Positions 1 to 8,631 of a stretch of 64,000 nt of DNA are shown here, piece by piece (the first letter of the stretch is position 1; every line of letters begins with the position of its first letter). Source of the stretch: Cloacibacterium rupense. GTDB lineage: Bacteria; Bacteroidota; Bacteroidia; Flavobacteriales; Weeksellaceae. The notes beneath the pieces were generated by a model. The model saw only the letters and a list, made by a program, of their open reading frames with translations. It searched no databases and was not told the origin of the DNA. The stretch is from positions 291,996 to 355,995 of the forward strand of contig NZ_BMLV01000001.1 in NCBI RefSeq assembly GCF_014645495.1, written 5' to 3'. Both the position numbers and the translations under genes were made by a program.

Positions 1-1737
1 TTTAGAATCTAGATTTTCTTTCATCATTTTAATAAAAATAGAGGGCTTCATTTTAAATTTTCTTTGGAAATTATCAGAAAAACTTTCAGCATTACCGAAT
101 CCTGCTTCTGAGGCCAATTCTTTTATTTCTATGGACAAATATTTTTTATCCGTTTTCATTTTTTCTATAATGTAGTCTAGTCTTAAATCATTGATATATT
201 GTGTAAAGTTTTTCTGTTTGTACACATTAATGATTCTAGACAGATAACCAGAATTGGTATTAAACTCTTCACACAAGGATTTCAGAGTTATTTTTGGGTT
301 GAGAAATTGATTTTCATTTTCGAAAGTATCTAATTTATTTAAAACAGAATCTATGGTTGCTGGGCTTAGTCCAGGTATTTTGCTAATGAGTAATGTTTTA
401 TGATTTTCTAAACGGTCAACAGTTTTTTTAGAGCTGTCAGAATTTTGCTCATTGATTGAAAATTTATTTTTTTCTGCTAAAATTTCTCTAAATCTCTGTT
501 TGTAAGCCTTTTTTACTTTTGAGTATCTGTAAAAAATAAAAGAACCAACAGAAAAACTTAGAATAATGATAAAAATAATGAGCAATTGGTGAAATTTCAG
601 TGAATTTTCAATTTCGTTTTTTTCTTGGATGAGTAATTCTGAGGTATATTCTTTATTGATTTTATTAAAAAGATATTTGTAATTTTTCTCGTAAGAATGG
701 TCTAGAAAGAGTAGTTTATTGATGTACTCTAATTGTTTATCAGTATTTCCTTTTTCTTTGTAATACTGTATTAAATGTTCATAAGCAGGCCTGAATTGAG
801 GGTCTTGATTTTTATCTTTATAATATTCTTTGTCAAGTTTATGGAAATAGTCGACTGCTTGATCTTTCTGGTTGAGTTTCCAATAGGTGAGTCCAAGATA
901 ATATATTTCTGTATAGTGATTAAAAGCATCTTTATATTGTTTAATAGCTTCATTGAGTTTATTGATGGCTAATGAATAATTTTTATTATAGTATGCATCA
1001 ACTCCTTCACAAGATAAGAAATATGCTCTATATACTTCGTGTTTTTTATCTAAATTAATTTTTTGATATGCTTCTTTATAAAGTGGAAGGTTTTCTGATA
1101 TTTTTCCTAATTTAGTATTTGAGTCAATTAGTTGAACTGTTGAGTAGAAATAGTATAATTTGTAGCCTTTTCCAATTTCATTCCGATTAAAGTTTTTATT
1201 AAAGTAGTTATTTATTAATTTAAGCTTTTTCTGAGCTTCATAATTATTACCAATATAAATTTCATTTTCTGCAATTTTATATAAAATTTTATTATTTAAA
1301 TACTCATCATTTAATTTTTTGGAATACTTCTTTGCTATGAAAAGGTTATTAATGCTTTCATGAAACATTGATTTCATATTTAGAATCGTACTTTTATTTA
1401 AATATCCATTTGCAATAAACTCAGGGGCATTAATTCTTTTGGCTAAAGTTATTGTACTATCAGAATATTTTAAGTTTTCAGGATAAGGTGCATAAAAAGT
1501 AATATATCGATAAGCAAAAAATAATGATTTTTTATTGTTTGCTTCTTTTGCCTTTCTAATGTAGATTTTAGCAATCCTTAGTCCTGTTTTACTATCACTA
1601 ATACTATCAAAACAATTATCAATTTCATCCAAACTCATTTTCTCATAATCGACATTTTGAGCATTGATTTTTATTGAAAAAATAAAAAATAATAGGAGGA
1701 GATATAATCTATTGATTATTAGGTTTTTGTAAAACAT
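1..1737 (-). CDS. TPR-repeat, single-pass transmembrane, AraC-family HTH one-component regulator (paralog A). Its last few codons run off the window edge.
   Basis: I translated the minus strand by eye from the ATG at 1735..1737 (MFYKNLIINRLYLLLLFFIFSIKINAQ signal peptide) to position 1 with no stop. It has TPR-like repeats, a hydrophobic segment, and a C-terminal AraC-type HTH (INDLRLDYIIEKMK...FSDNFQRKFKMKPSIFIKMMKENLDS). The ORF track omits it only because the stop lies outside the window. It is about 50% identical to the downstream gene at 1965..3752. Confidence 0.75.
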   Translation of the reverse strand, partial: MFYKNLIINRLYLLLLFFIFSIKINAQNVDYEKMSLDEIDNCFDSISDSKTGLRIAKIYIRKAKEANNKKSLFFAYRYITFYAPYPENLKYSDSTITLAKRINAPEFIANGYLNKSTILNMKSMFHESINNLFIAKKYSKKLNDEYLNNKILYKIAENEIYIGNNYEAQKKLKLINNYFNKNFNRNEIGKGYKLYYFYSTVQLIDSNTKLGKISENLPLYKEAYQKINLDKKHEVYRAYFLSCEGVDAYYNKNYSLAINKLNEAIKQYKDAFNHYTEIYYLGLTYWKLNQKDQAVDYFHKLDKEYYKDKNQDPQFRPAYEHLIQYYKEKGNTDKQLEYINKLLFLDHSYEKNYKYLFNKINKEYTSELLIQEKNEIENSLKFHQLLIIFIIILSFSVGSFIFYRYSKVKKAYKQRFREILAEKNKFSINEQNSDSSKKTVDRLENHKTLLISKIPGLSPATIDSVLNKLDTFENENQFLNPKITLKSLCEEFNTNSGYLSRIINVYKQKNFTQYINDLRLDYIIEKMKTDKKYLSIEIKELASEAGFGNAESFSDNFQRKFKMKPSIFIKMMKENLDSK

Positions 1738-1964
1738 TTACGGATTAAATTATTTGAAAGGCAAATTTAAAACGAAAAATTCAATAAAAAAACATGTAAT
1801 TTTTATGTTTTTCCGGTTGATTCTTATAAAATCCCGGATCCAAAATTGTAGAAATAATAGGCAACTGAGTAAATTTGTATCAGAAATAAAGAGGTAAAAA
1901 AAATAACCATTAAAAATTATCTATTCTTCAGATGACTTCAGTACAATTTGTATTGAAGTTTTTT

Positions 1965-3752
1965 TTATGGATTAGAGTCTAGATTTTCTTTCATCATTTT
2001 AATAAAAATAGAGGGCTTCATTTTAAATTTTCTTTGGAAATTGTCTGAAAAGTTTTCGGTATTGCTAAAACCAGAGAGTCTTGATAATTCCTTAATATCC
2101 ATATTAAGATACTTGTAATCATTTTTTAGAAACTCTAAAATGTAATCTAACCTTAGATCGTTTATGTAAATGTTAAACGTTTTCCCTTTATAAACATTAA
2201 TTATTTTAGACAAATAGGTGGCATTGGTATTAAAGGATTCACTAAGTAGCCTTTGTGAAATTTGTGTGTCTAAGAATTTATTTTCATTTTCAAAATCTTC
2301 TAGTTGATTAAGAATTCTTTCTACAAAATTGGGGTTCAATCCTTGGATTTTATTAAAATAATTGTAATCAAAACTAGCTTCTTTCAGTTCAATTTCAAAT
2401 TTATGCTCATTTTGTATATTTTCTTTTTCAAGATTCTCTACAACTGCGGTTTTAATAGTATTAGTTTTTAATTCTAACTTTTTAGCATCACTTTGGGCAA
2501 TAATTTCTTCGAATCTTTTTTTATAGGTATTTTGAAGTTTTCTGTATCTTATAAAAAAGATACTTACAACTAAAATACTTACAAAAAGCAATATAAGATT
2601 GGTTATTTTTTGTGTATTTAGAGATTTTTCAATTTTATTTTTCTCATCTATAAGTTTTTGATTATCATATTCTTTATTAATTCTATTGTAGAGATATTTA
2701 TAATTTTTTTCATAAGATTTATCCAAAGCCATTAGTTTGTTAATGTATTCTAATTGCTTTTCTGTATTTCCTATAGAGTCATTATATTTAATTAGAATTT
2801 CATAAGCCGTTCTAAAATTTGGATTTAATTTTTTGGTTTTATTGTATTCATTATCAATCTCTTCTAGGTATTTGATAGCTACTTTTTTTCTGCCAGAATG
2901 CCAGAATGATAGGCCTAGATAATAGATATCTGTTATGTGTGGCCATTGGTCATTATAAGAAGTTAAAGATTCTGTTAGTTTGTCAATGGCGGCTTTATAA
3001 TTTTTTTTATAAAAAGCACCCGTACCTTCTAATAAAGTAAAATACGGCTTATATACTAATAAATTTTTAGACTCAATGTATTTGAAAGCTTCATTGATTA
3101 ACTTTTGATTTTCAGATTGTTTTCCTAACTTAATGTTTGTGTCTATGTAAATCATTAATGAATATAAATAATACATAGAATAGCTTTTTCCTAATGGGTC
3201 ATTTGAATTTGATTTTGATTTAAAATATTCTACACATTTTTCCAATTCTTTATTAGCGTCTTCATAAAGTCCTAAGTAAATTTTATTTTGAGCAATGTAA
3301 TACTTTGCTTTATAATATGTATAATCATCACCTATTTCTTCTGAAAATTTACTTGATAGAAGAATATCGTCTAATGCATCACTAAATTTTTCTGCCTCCA
3401 TGTAAATGGTTCCTCTATTAAGGTATGCATAACTAATTAATTTTTTATCATTTGATTTCTTTCCTATCATTAATGTACTGTCAGCATATTTAAAGCTATT
3501 AGGATAATTAGAAGACTTGCTTGCAATTCTATAAGCATATAATAATGTTTCCTGATTTTTATTTTGTTTTGATTTTTTTATATATAAATTAATCCATTTC
3601 CACATTTCTTTTTCAGAATTGTGTGAATCATCAATTTTTTTTTCAATTTCTTCATAAGAATAATTCAACTCTGAATTATTTTGGGCGAATATTTGTATAA
3701 TATTCGACGACAATAAGATAATGATGAAGATAATTCTTAAAAATGGTTTCAT
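1965..3752 (-). CDS. TPR-repeat, single-pass transmembrane, AraC-family HTH one-component regulator (paralog B)
   Basis: 595-aa ORF with an N-terminal signal peptide (MKPFLRIIFIIILLSSNIIQIFAQ). About 380 aa of TPR-like repeats follow, then a TM helix (ITNLILLFVSILVVSIFFIRY) and a C-terminal AraC HTH (YINDLRLDYILEFLKND...FSDNFQRKFKMKPSIFIKMMKENLDSNP). Confidence 0.8.
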   Translation of the reverse strand: MKPFLRIIFIIILLSSNIIQIFAQNNSELNYSYEEIEKKIDDSHNSEKEMWKWINLYIKKSKQNKNQETLLYAYRIASKSSNYPNSFKYADSTLMIGKKSNDKKLISYAYLNRGTIYMEAEKFSDALDDILLSSKFSEEIGDDYTYYKAKYYIAQNKIYLGLYEDANKELEKCVEYFKSKSNSNDPLGKSYSMYYLYSLMIYIDTNIKLGKQSENQKLINEAFKYIESKNLLVYKPYFTLLEGTGAFYKKNYKAAIDKLTESLTSYNDQWPHITDIYYLGLSFWHSGRKKVAIKYLEEIDNEYNKTKKLNPNFRTAYEILIKYNDSIGNTEKQLEYINKLMALDKSYEKNYKYLYNRINKEYDNQKLIDEKNKIEKSLNTQKITNLILLFVSILVVSIFFIRYRKLQNTYKKRFEEIIAQSDAKKLELKTNTIKTAVVENLEKENIQNEHKFEIELKEASFDYNYFNKIQGLNPNFVERILNQLEDFENENKFLDTQISQRLLSESFNTNATYLSKIINVYKGKTFNIYINDLRLDYILEFLKNDYKYLNMDIKELSRLSGFSNTENFSDNFQRKFKMKPSIFIKMMKENLDSNP

Positions 3753-3823
3753 GTACTGTTAATAAAGGAAAAATAAAGATTTCCAAATGTAGATTCTGTA
3801 TTTTTTTACAATATTACTGTTAT

Positions 3824-3893
3824 TTTTTGTAAAAAACCACACATTTTTTATGAAATAACGGTGATTTTTTATAAAACAACGGTTCGTTTTTTT
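3824..3893. promoter_or_regulatory. Three phased direct repeats (~22 bp each) in the divergent promoter region between the TPR/AraC regulator B and a small lipoprotein gene
   Basis: The three units are ttttttgtaaaaaaccacacatttttt, ttttttatgaaataacggtgatttttt and ttttttataaaacaacggttcgttttttt. Each has a T6 tract, an AAC(G/C)-containing core and another T6 tract, at roughly two helical turns spacing. Direct-repeat operators are typical of AraC-family proteins. Confidence 0.4.
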
Positions 3894-3999
3894 GGAATCA
3901 ACTTACATTCAATATAGATTTGCATTATCAAAATGAAACAATTTTTTTTTAATACAAGAATTTTTGTATTAAAATTTAATGAACCTAAAAATATATAAT

Positions 4000-4260
4000 A
4001 TGAAAAAAATAGTATTTGCATTATTAGCGTTTTCATCATTAATGGTCTTGTCATGCAGACAACAAGAAGATTTGATGGATTCAGAAGATTTAAAATCACT
4101 AACGGTATTGAATGAGGCAAAAGCAAAGGTTAATGCTAGAACAATTAGTCCTATCAAACCAAAGCAAGATACCGCTGTGTCTATAAAAAGATTAGATTCT
4201 TCAATTATCTCTTTTCAAGAACTTGAGTATGAAAAAGATAAACCACCTATTGGAAATTAG
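4000..4260 (+). CDS. Small secreted lipoprotein of unknown function (86 aa)
   Basis: The ORF has a lipoprotein signal (MKKIVFALLAFSSLMVLSC). The start was moved from the track's 3979 to the ATG preceding the signal peptide. Two hairpin/T-run terminators follow at about 4301..4330 and 4391..4425. Confidence 0.45.
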   Translation: MKKIVFALLAFSSLMVLSCRQQEDLMDSEDLKSLTVLNEAKAKVNARTISPIKPKQDTAVSIKRLDSSIISFQELEYEKDKPPIGN

Positions 4261-4502
4261 AAGTTAATAAAAGTAGAAATATAGTTATCATTTGTGTTTT
4301 TCTCTTTCGTTACCTTTCTATAGGTAACGGAAGGGATTTTTAATTAATAAGTATTCACATTCATACATTCATATTTTATTAAGTGAAGGTACAGCGTTTA
4401 TAGACGACATTGTACCTTTTTTTGTTTGTGGAATATTCAATAAAAATAAAATATTTTATTAATTCCATAAATTTCATATATTTGTAAAAATGCTAATTCA
4501 TT

Positions 4503-6932
4503 ATGCAAGCAACATATATTGAAACTCAAAATGTAACCTTCTTAGACTTTAAAAAACAAATTCTTGAAGATTATAAACTGGGTAGAATTTCTAGAGAAAT
4601 GTCTTATCTTGCTAGAAGAGAAGTTTTAACCGGGAAAGCAAAATTTGGTATTGTAGGTGATGGTAAAGAATTACCGCAGATTGCAATGGCTAAAGTTTTT
4701 AGAAATGGCGATTTTAGAAGTGGGTATTACAGAGACCAAACATTTGCAATGGCTGTAGGTGCATTAACCGTAGAAAGTTTTTTCGCACAATTATATGCGG
4801 ATACTTCTGTAGAAAGAGAACCTGCTTCCGCAGGAAGACAAATGAACGGACATTTTGCGACCAGAAGTTTAAATGAAGACGGCACTTGGAAAGACCTTAC
4901 TAAAATTAAAAATATTTCTTCTGATATTTCTCCTACTGCTGGTCAAATGCCTAGATTACTAGGGCTGGCACAGGCTTCTAAAGTTTATAAATCAGTGAAA
5001 TTTTCAGGTTCTGAAAAATTCAGTATTAATGGTAATGAAGTGGCTTTTGGTACCATTGGTGATGCATCTACTGCTGAAGGACATTTTTGGGAAACCCTCA
5101 ATGCTGCTTGTGCGCTTCAAGTTCCTATGATTTTATCTATTTGGGATGATGGATATGGAATTTCTGTTCCTACTCATAACCAAAGAGCAAAAGAAGATAT
5201 GGCAGAAATGTTATCTGGCTTCCAAAGAAAACAAGGAAAAACAGAAGGTTGCGAAATAATAAAAGTTAAAGCTTGGGATTATCCCGCGCTTTTAGATGCT
5301 TATGCTAGAGCAGAACATTTTGCTAGAGTAGAATCTGTACCCGTGGTAATTCATGTAGAAGAAGTTACCCAGCCACAAGGTCACTCTACCTCGGGGTCCC
5401 ATGAAAGATATAAATCTGAAGAAAGATTGCAATGGGAAACAGAACATGATGGTCTTTTGAAATTTAAACAATGGATTGCCGAATATTCTATCGAAATTGA
5501 AGGTGAACGCCATACCATTGCTACTTGGGAAGAATTAGATGAAATGGACAAAGAAGCAAAAAAATTTGTTAAAGAAGGTCAAAAAAAATCTTGGGAAGAC
5601 TACAGAGCGAGTATAGATGAGATGAGAAAACTTACTTTGCCATTAGTAGAAGTACTTTCTGTAGATATTCCTGAATTAAAAAAAGAAATTTATAAATTTA
5701 AAACGGTAATTTCTCTAGGCAAAAAAGATGTATTTCATTTAGTAAGAAAAACATTATTATGGACCAGAAATATCAATTCTGAAGAGAGAAACCAACTGAA
5801 AGATATCTATAAAAATTTATTTGAAATTGAAGAGGAAAATTATTCTTCTCATTTATATTCAGAATCGAATTGGAAAGTCACTAAAATAAAAGAAGTAAAA
5901 CCTATTTACTCAGACCATTCAGAAGTAGTAGATGGTAGAGTGGTGATTAGAAATAATTTTGATAAAATTTTTGAAAAATATCCAGAAGCTCTAGTTTTTG
6001 GGGAAGACGCAGGAAATATCGGAGATGTAAATCAAGGGTTAGAAGGGCTTCAAGAAAAATATGGTAGTGTAAGAATTTCAGATACAGGGATTAGAGAAGC
6101 TACTATTTTAGGTCAAGGAATTGGCTTGGCAATGCGTGGCCTTCGTCCTATTGCAGAAATTCAGTACTTAGATTATATATTGTATTGTTTACAAGGCCTT
6201 AGTGATGATTTAGCAACTGTACATTACAGAACCAAAGGCGGTCAAAAAGCACCTGTTATTGTAAGAACTAGAGGACATAGATTAGAAGGAATTTGGCATT
6301 CTGGTTCTCCTATGGCCGGAATTATTAATCTCGTTAAAGGGGTTAATGTGTTGGTTCCTAGAGATTTAACCAGAGCGGCTGGTTTTTATAATACTTTGTT
6401 TCAAAGTGACGAACCAGCAATTGTAGTAGAAACGCTAAATGGTTATAGACTAAAAGAAAAGCAACCAGATAATTTAGGAGAATTTACAGTTCCTATTGGT
6501 AAAATAGAAGTTACCAAAGAAGGTTCAGATGTTACCCTAGTAACTTATGGTTCTACATGGAGAATAGTTACAGAAGCTGCAGAAGAATTAGAAAAATTAG
6601 GAATTTCCGCAGAAGTTATTGATGTACAATCTTTAATTCCTTTTGATTTAGAACACGAAATTTTAGAAAGTGTTAAGAAAACCAACAGACTTGTTGTAAT
6701 AGATGAAGATGTGGAAGGAGGAACCTCTGCATTCATACTTCAACAAATTTTAGAAAAACAAGGTGCATTCAAGTATTTAGATTCTTCACCATTAAGTATT
6801 GCAGCTAAAAACCATAGACCAGCCTATGCAAGTGACGGAGATTACTTCTCTAAACCTTCAGTAGATGATGTGGTAGAAAAAGTGTACTTACTTTTCCACG
6901 AAGTAAATCCTAATAAATTCCCGAAATTTTAA
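4503..6932 (+). CDS. Branched-chain 2-oxoacid dehydrogenase E1 component, fused alpha/beta subunits (TPP-dependent)
   Basis: 809-aa ORF. The N-terminal half has E1-alpha (TPP-binding) features and the C-terminal half is transketolase-like E1-beta (…GEDAGNIGDVNQG…, C-terminal transketolase-C-like region). The fused 800-aa form is typical of Flavobacteriia. Confidence 0.8.
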   Translation: MQATYIETQNVTFLDFKKQILEDYKLGRISREMSYLARREVLTGKAKFGIVGDGKELPQIAMAKVFRNGDFRSGYYRDQTFAMAVGALTVESFFAQLYADTSVEREPASAGRQMNGHFATRSLNEDGTWKDLTKIKNISSDISPTAGQMPRLLGLAQASKVYKSVKFSGSEKFSINGNEVAFGTIGDASTAEGHFWETLNAACALQVPMILSIWDDGYGISVPTHNQRAKEDMAEMLSGFQRKQGKTEGCEIIKVKAWDYPALLDAYARAEHFARVESVPVVIHVEEVTQPQGHSTSGSHERYKSEERLQWETEHDGLLKFKQWIAEYSIEIEGERHTIATWEELDEMDKEAKKFVKEGQKKSWEDYRASIDEMRKLTLPLVEVLSVDIPELKKEIYKFKTVISLGKKDVFHLVRKTLLWTRNINSEERNQLKDIYKNLFEIEEENYSSHLYSESNWKVTKIKEVKPIYSDHSEVVDGRVVIRNNFDKIFEKYPEALVFGEDAGNIGDVNQGLEGLQEKYGSVRISDTGIREATILGQGIGLAMRGLRPIAEIQYLDYILYCLQGLSDDLATVHYRTKGGQKAPVIVRTRGHRLEGIWHSGSPMAGIINLVKGVNVLVPRDLTRAAGFYNTLFQSDEPAIVVETLNGYRLKEKQPDNLGEFTVPIGKIEVTKEGSDVTLVTYGSTWRIVTEAAEELEKLGISAEVIDVQSLIPFDLEHEILESVKKTNRLVVIDEDVEGGTSAFILQQILEKQGAFKYLDSSPLSIAAKNHRPAYASDGDYFSKPSVDDVVEKVYLLFHEVNPNKFPKF

Positions 6933-6958
6933 TTGAATTTCAATTTTATAAAAATTTA

Positions 6959-6994
6959 GAACCTTGCTAATCATCTATTGGCAAGGTTTTTTTG
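6959..6994 (+). terminator. Rho-independent terminator after the BCKDH E1 gene
   Basis: The hairpin aaccttgctaatcatctattggcaaggtt is followed by a T7 run. Confidence 0.6.
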
Positions 6995-7068
6995 TATTTT
7001 TATTAAAAATTTTAAAATATTTTCCAACCATATTTTTTATTCCTGCATCTAACCTATAAAAGCAACGC

Positions 7069-7593
7069 ATGAATCACGAACTTCTCATAAAACTTAAAAA
7101 CAAAGACCGATTGGCGCAAAGGCAAGTTTATGAGCAGTTTGCAGGAAGATTCTACGCAGTTTGCAAAAGATATTTAAAGAAAGACGAAGAAGCAGAAGAA
7201 GCATTAGCAGATACATTTTTTATCATTTTCACCAAAATAGACCAGTTACAAAACTTAGATGTTTTCGAGGCATGGGCAAAGAAAATAGCCGTTAATCAAT
7301 GTCTTCAAACGTTAAGAAAAAAAGAATCAATTTTAATATCAATAGACGAAGAAACCTTTGTAGAAAAGCATTTAGCAGACCAACATTCTGAATCTTCTTT
7401 TGAAAAAGATATTTTGGCATTACTTCATTTTTTACCAGAAGGTTGCCGCACGATATTTAATTTATTTGCTGTAGAAGGTTATCCTCACAGAGAAATTGCA
7501 GAGATGCTATCTATTACCGAAGGTACTTCTAAATCTCAAGTAAATTTTGCCAGAAAAAAACTACAAGAACTATTACAAACTCAAAATGTGTAA
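7069..7593 (+). CDS. ECF-type RNA polymerase sigma-70 factor (sigma-24 family)
   Basis: 174 aa. Region-2-like segment RQVYEQFAGRFYAVCKRYL...ADTFFIIFTKIDQ and region-4 HTH EGCRTIFNLFAVEGYPHREIAEMLSITEGTSKSQVNFARKKLQE. Confidence 0.85.
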   Translation: MNHELLIKLKNKDRLAQRQVYEQFAGRFYAVCKRYLKKDEEAEEALADTFFIIFTKIDQLQNLDVFEAWAKKIAVNQCLQTLRKKESILISIDEETFVEKHLADQHSESSFEKDILALLHFLPEGCRTIFNLFAVEGYPHREIAEMLSITEGTSKSQVNFARKKLQELLQTQNV

Positions 7594-7608
7594 ACAGAAT
7601 TTCTCAAA

Positions 7609-8595
7609 ATGGAAAATTTTAATGAAAATATAGACCAACTTTTCAGCGATGAAAGTAAAAAAGCAGAAGAAAATGCTACTTTTCCTTCTTTCGAAAAGGT
7701 ATGGGAAAAGGTTGAAAATCGTTTAGACGAAGTTGAAAACACAACAAAAAAACGCTTCATTCCTATTTGGTTGCCTTATTCTATTGCCGCATCATTAGTT
7801 TTTACTTTCGGAATAATGTACTTTTTTAATCAAAAAGAAACAATTTCAAATCATTCAAAAATTGCTTCTAATGAAACTTATAAAGTGATTAACAATCAGG
7901 GTTTTAATAATAATTTAGATAGCGCTAATATTGCAAAACTAGACCAATCTATTAAGCAAAATATTGAAAAATCTCAATTAAATGAAACTTCAAATAATAA
8001 TCTAGTAAAAAAGAAAGTAAGTTCACCACAAGTTTTAGCAGCTACCAAGATTTCTAATCAAGATAGTGAATCTTCTAATATCAATACTGAAGTTGATAAG
8101 AGCATTGAAATTTCAAATAATAACGACAATCAATTTATTCTAGCAAAAGCAGCGCCTTCGCCAGTAGTTGAAAATACAGCTTCTTTAGAATCAGAAAGAA
8201 TTATCGAAACTAAAAAATATAAGTCTGCAGAAGTTGCTAAAATGTCTCTTAATAATCAAAAAACGTCTGAACTGCTTACTTCTACAGCAGAACAGTCAAG
8301 TTTTTCAGAGTACGCAGTAAATAATGATGATGATTTTAAAATCAGTAGAAAACACGCCTCAGAACCGCTCTATATTGTTGATGGTTACGTAGCGGACACT
8401 AATTTTCTTAAGAATTACAACAAGAAAAAAATTACCTCTCTCAACATTGTAGAAGGTGATAATGCCAAAAAACTCTACGGAAATCTAGCCAAAAAAGGAG
8501 TAGTGGTTATTACTACAAAAGGTCTAAATTCTCAGGAAGAGGAATACCTCAAAAAAAATTCTAAAAATTATAATTTGTCTGGAACTAGCAATTAA
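7609..8595 (+). CDS. Membrane-anchored protein in the anti-sigma position, with a C-terminal SusC/RagA plug-like segment
   Basis: 328 aa, starting 16 nt after the ECF sigma gene. It has a ~50-aa cytoplasmic N-terminus with no Zn-finger anti-sigma motif, then one TM helix (FIPIWLPYSIAASLVFTFGIMYFF). A long S/N/E-rich low-complexity linker follows. The C-terminus reads PLYIVDGYVADTNFLKNYNKKKITSLNIVEGDNAKKLYGNLAKKGVVVITTKG. This matches the conserved PLYVVDGV...ISVLKDA.A.AIYGSRAANGVI.ITTKKG stretch at the start of the plug of SusC/RagA-type TonB-dependent transporters. Confidence 0.55.
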   Translation: MENFNENIDQLFSDESKKAEENATFPSFEKVWEKVENRLDEVENTTKKRFIPIWLPYSIAASLVFTFGIMYFFNQKETISNHSKIASNETYKVINNQGFNNNLDSANIAKLDQSIKQNIEKSQLNETSNNNLVKKKVSSPQVLAATKISNQDSESSNINTEVDKSIEISNNNDNQFILAKAAPSPVVENTASLESERIIETKKYKSAEVAKMSLNNQKTSELLTSTAEQSSFSEYAVNNDDDFKISRKHASEPLYIVDGYVADTNFLKNYNKKKITSLNIVEGDNAKKLYGNLAKKGVVVITTKGLNSQEEEYLKKNSKNYNLSGTSN

Positions 8596-8631
8596 AATCA
8601 AGCTTTTATTTAATCTTTTAACACAGCAGAT

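Noticed and set aside
771-972. Track ORFs 771..953 (-) and 775..972 (+)
   Set aside because: They are out of frame and lie inside the intact TPR/AraC paralog A coding region. They are low-complexity, spurious reading frames.
1-1737. The ORF track shows no long ORF across the first 1.7 kb, which could suggest a pseudogene paralog of 1965..3752.
   Set aside because: By-eye translation of the minus strand from the ATG at 1735..1737 runs to position 1 without a stop, in the same frame as the homologous C-terminus. The ORF is missing from the track only because its stop lies beyond the window edge. The same applies to 63847..64000.
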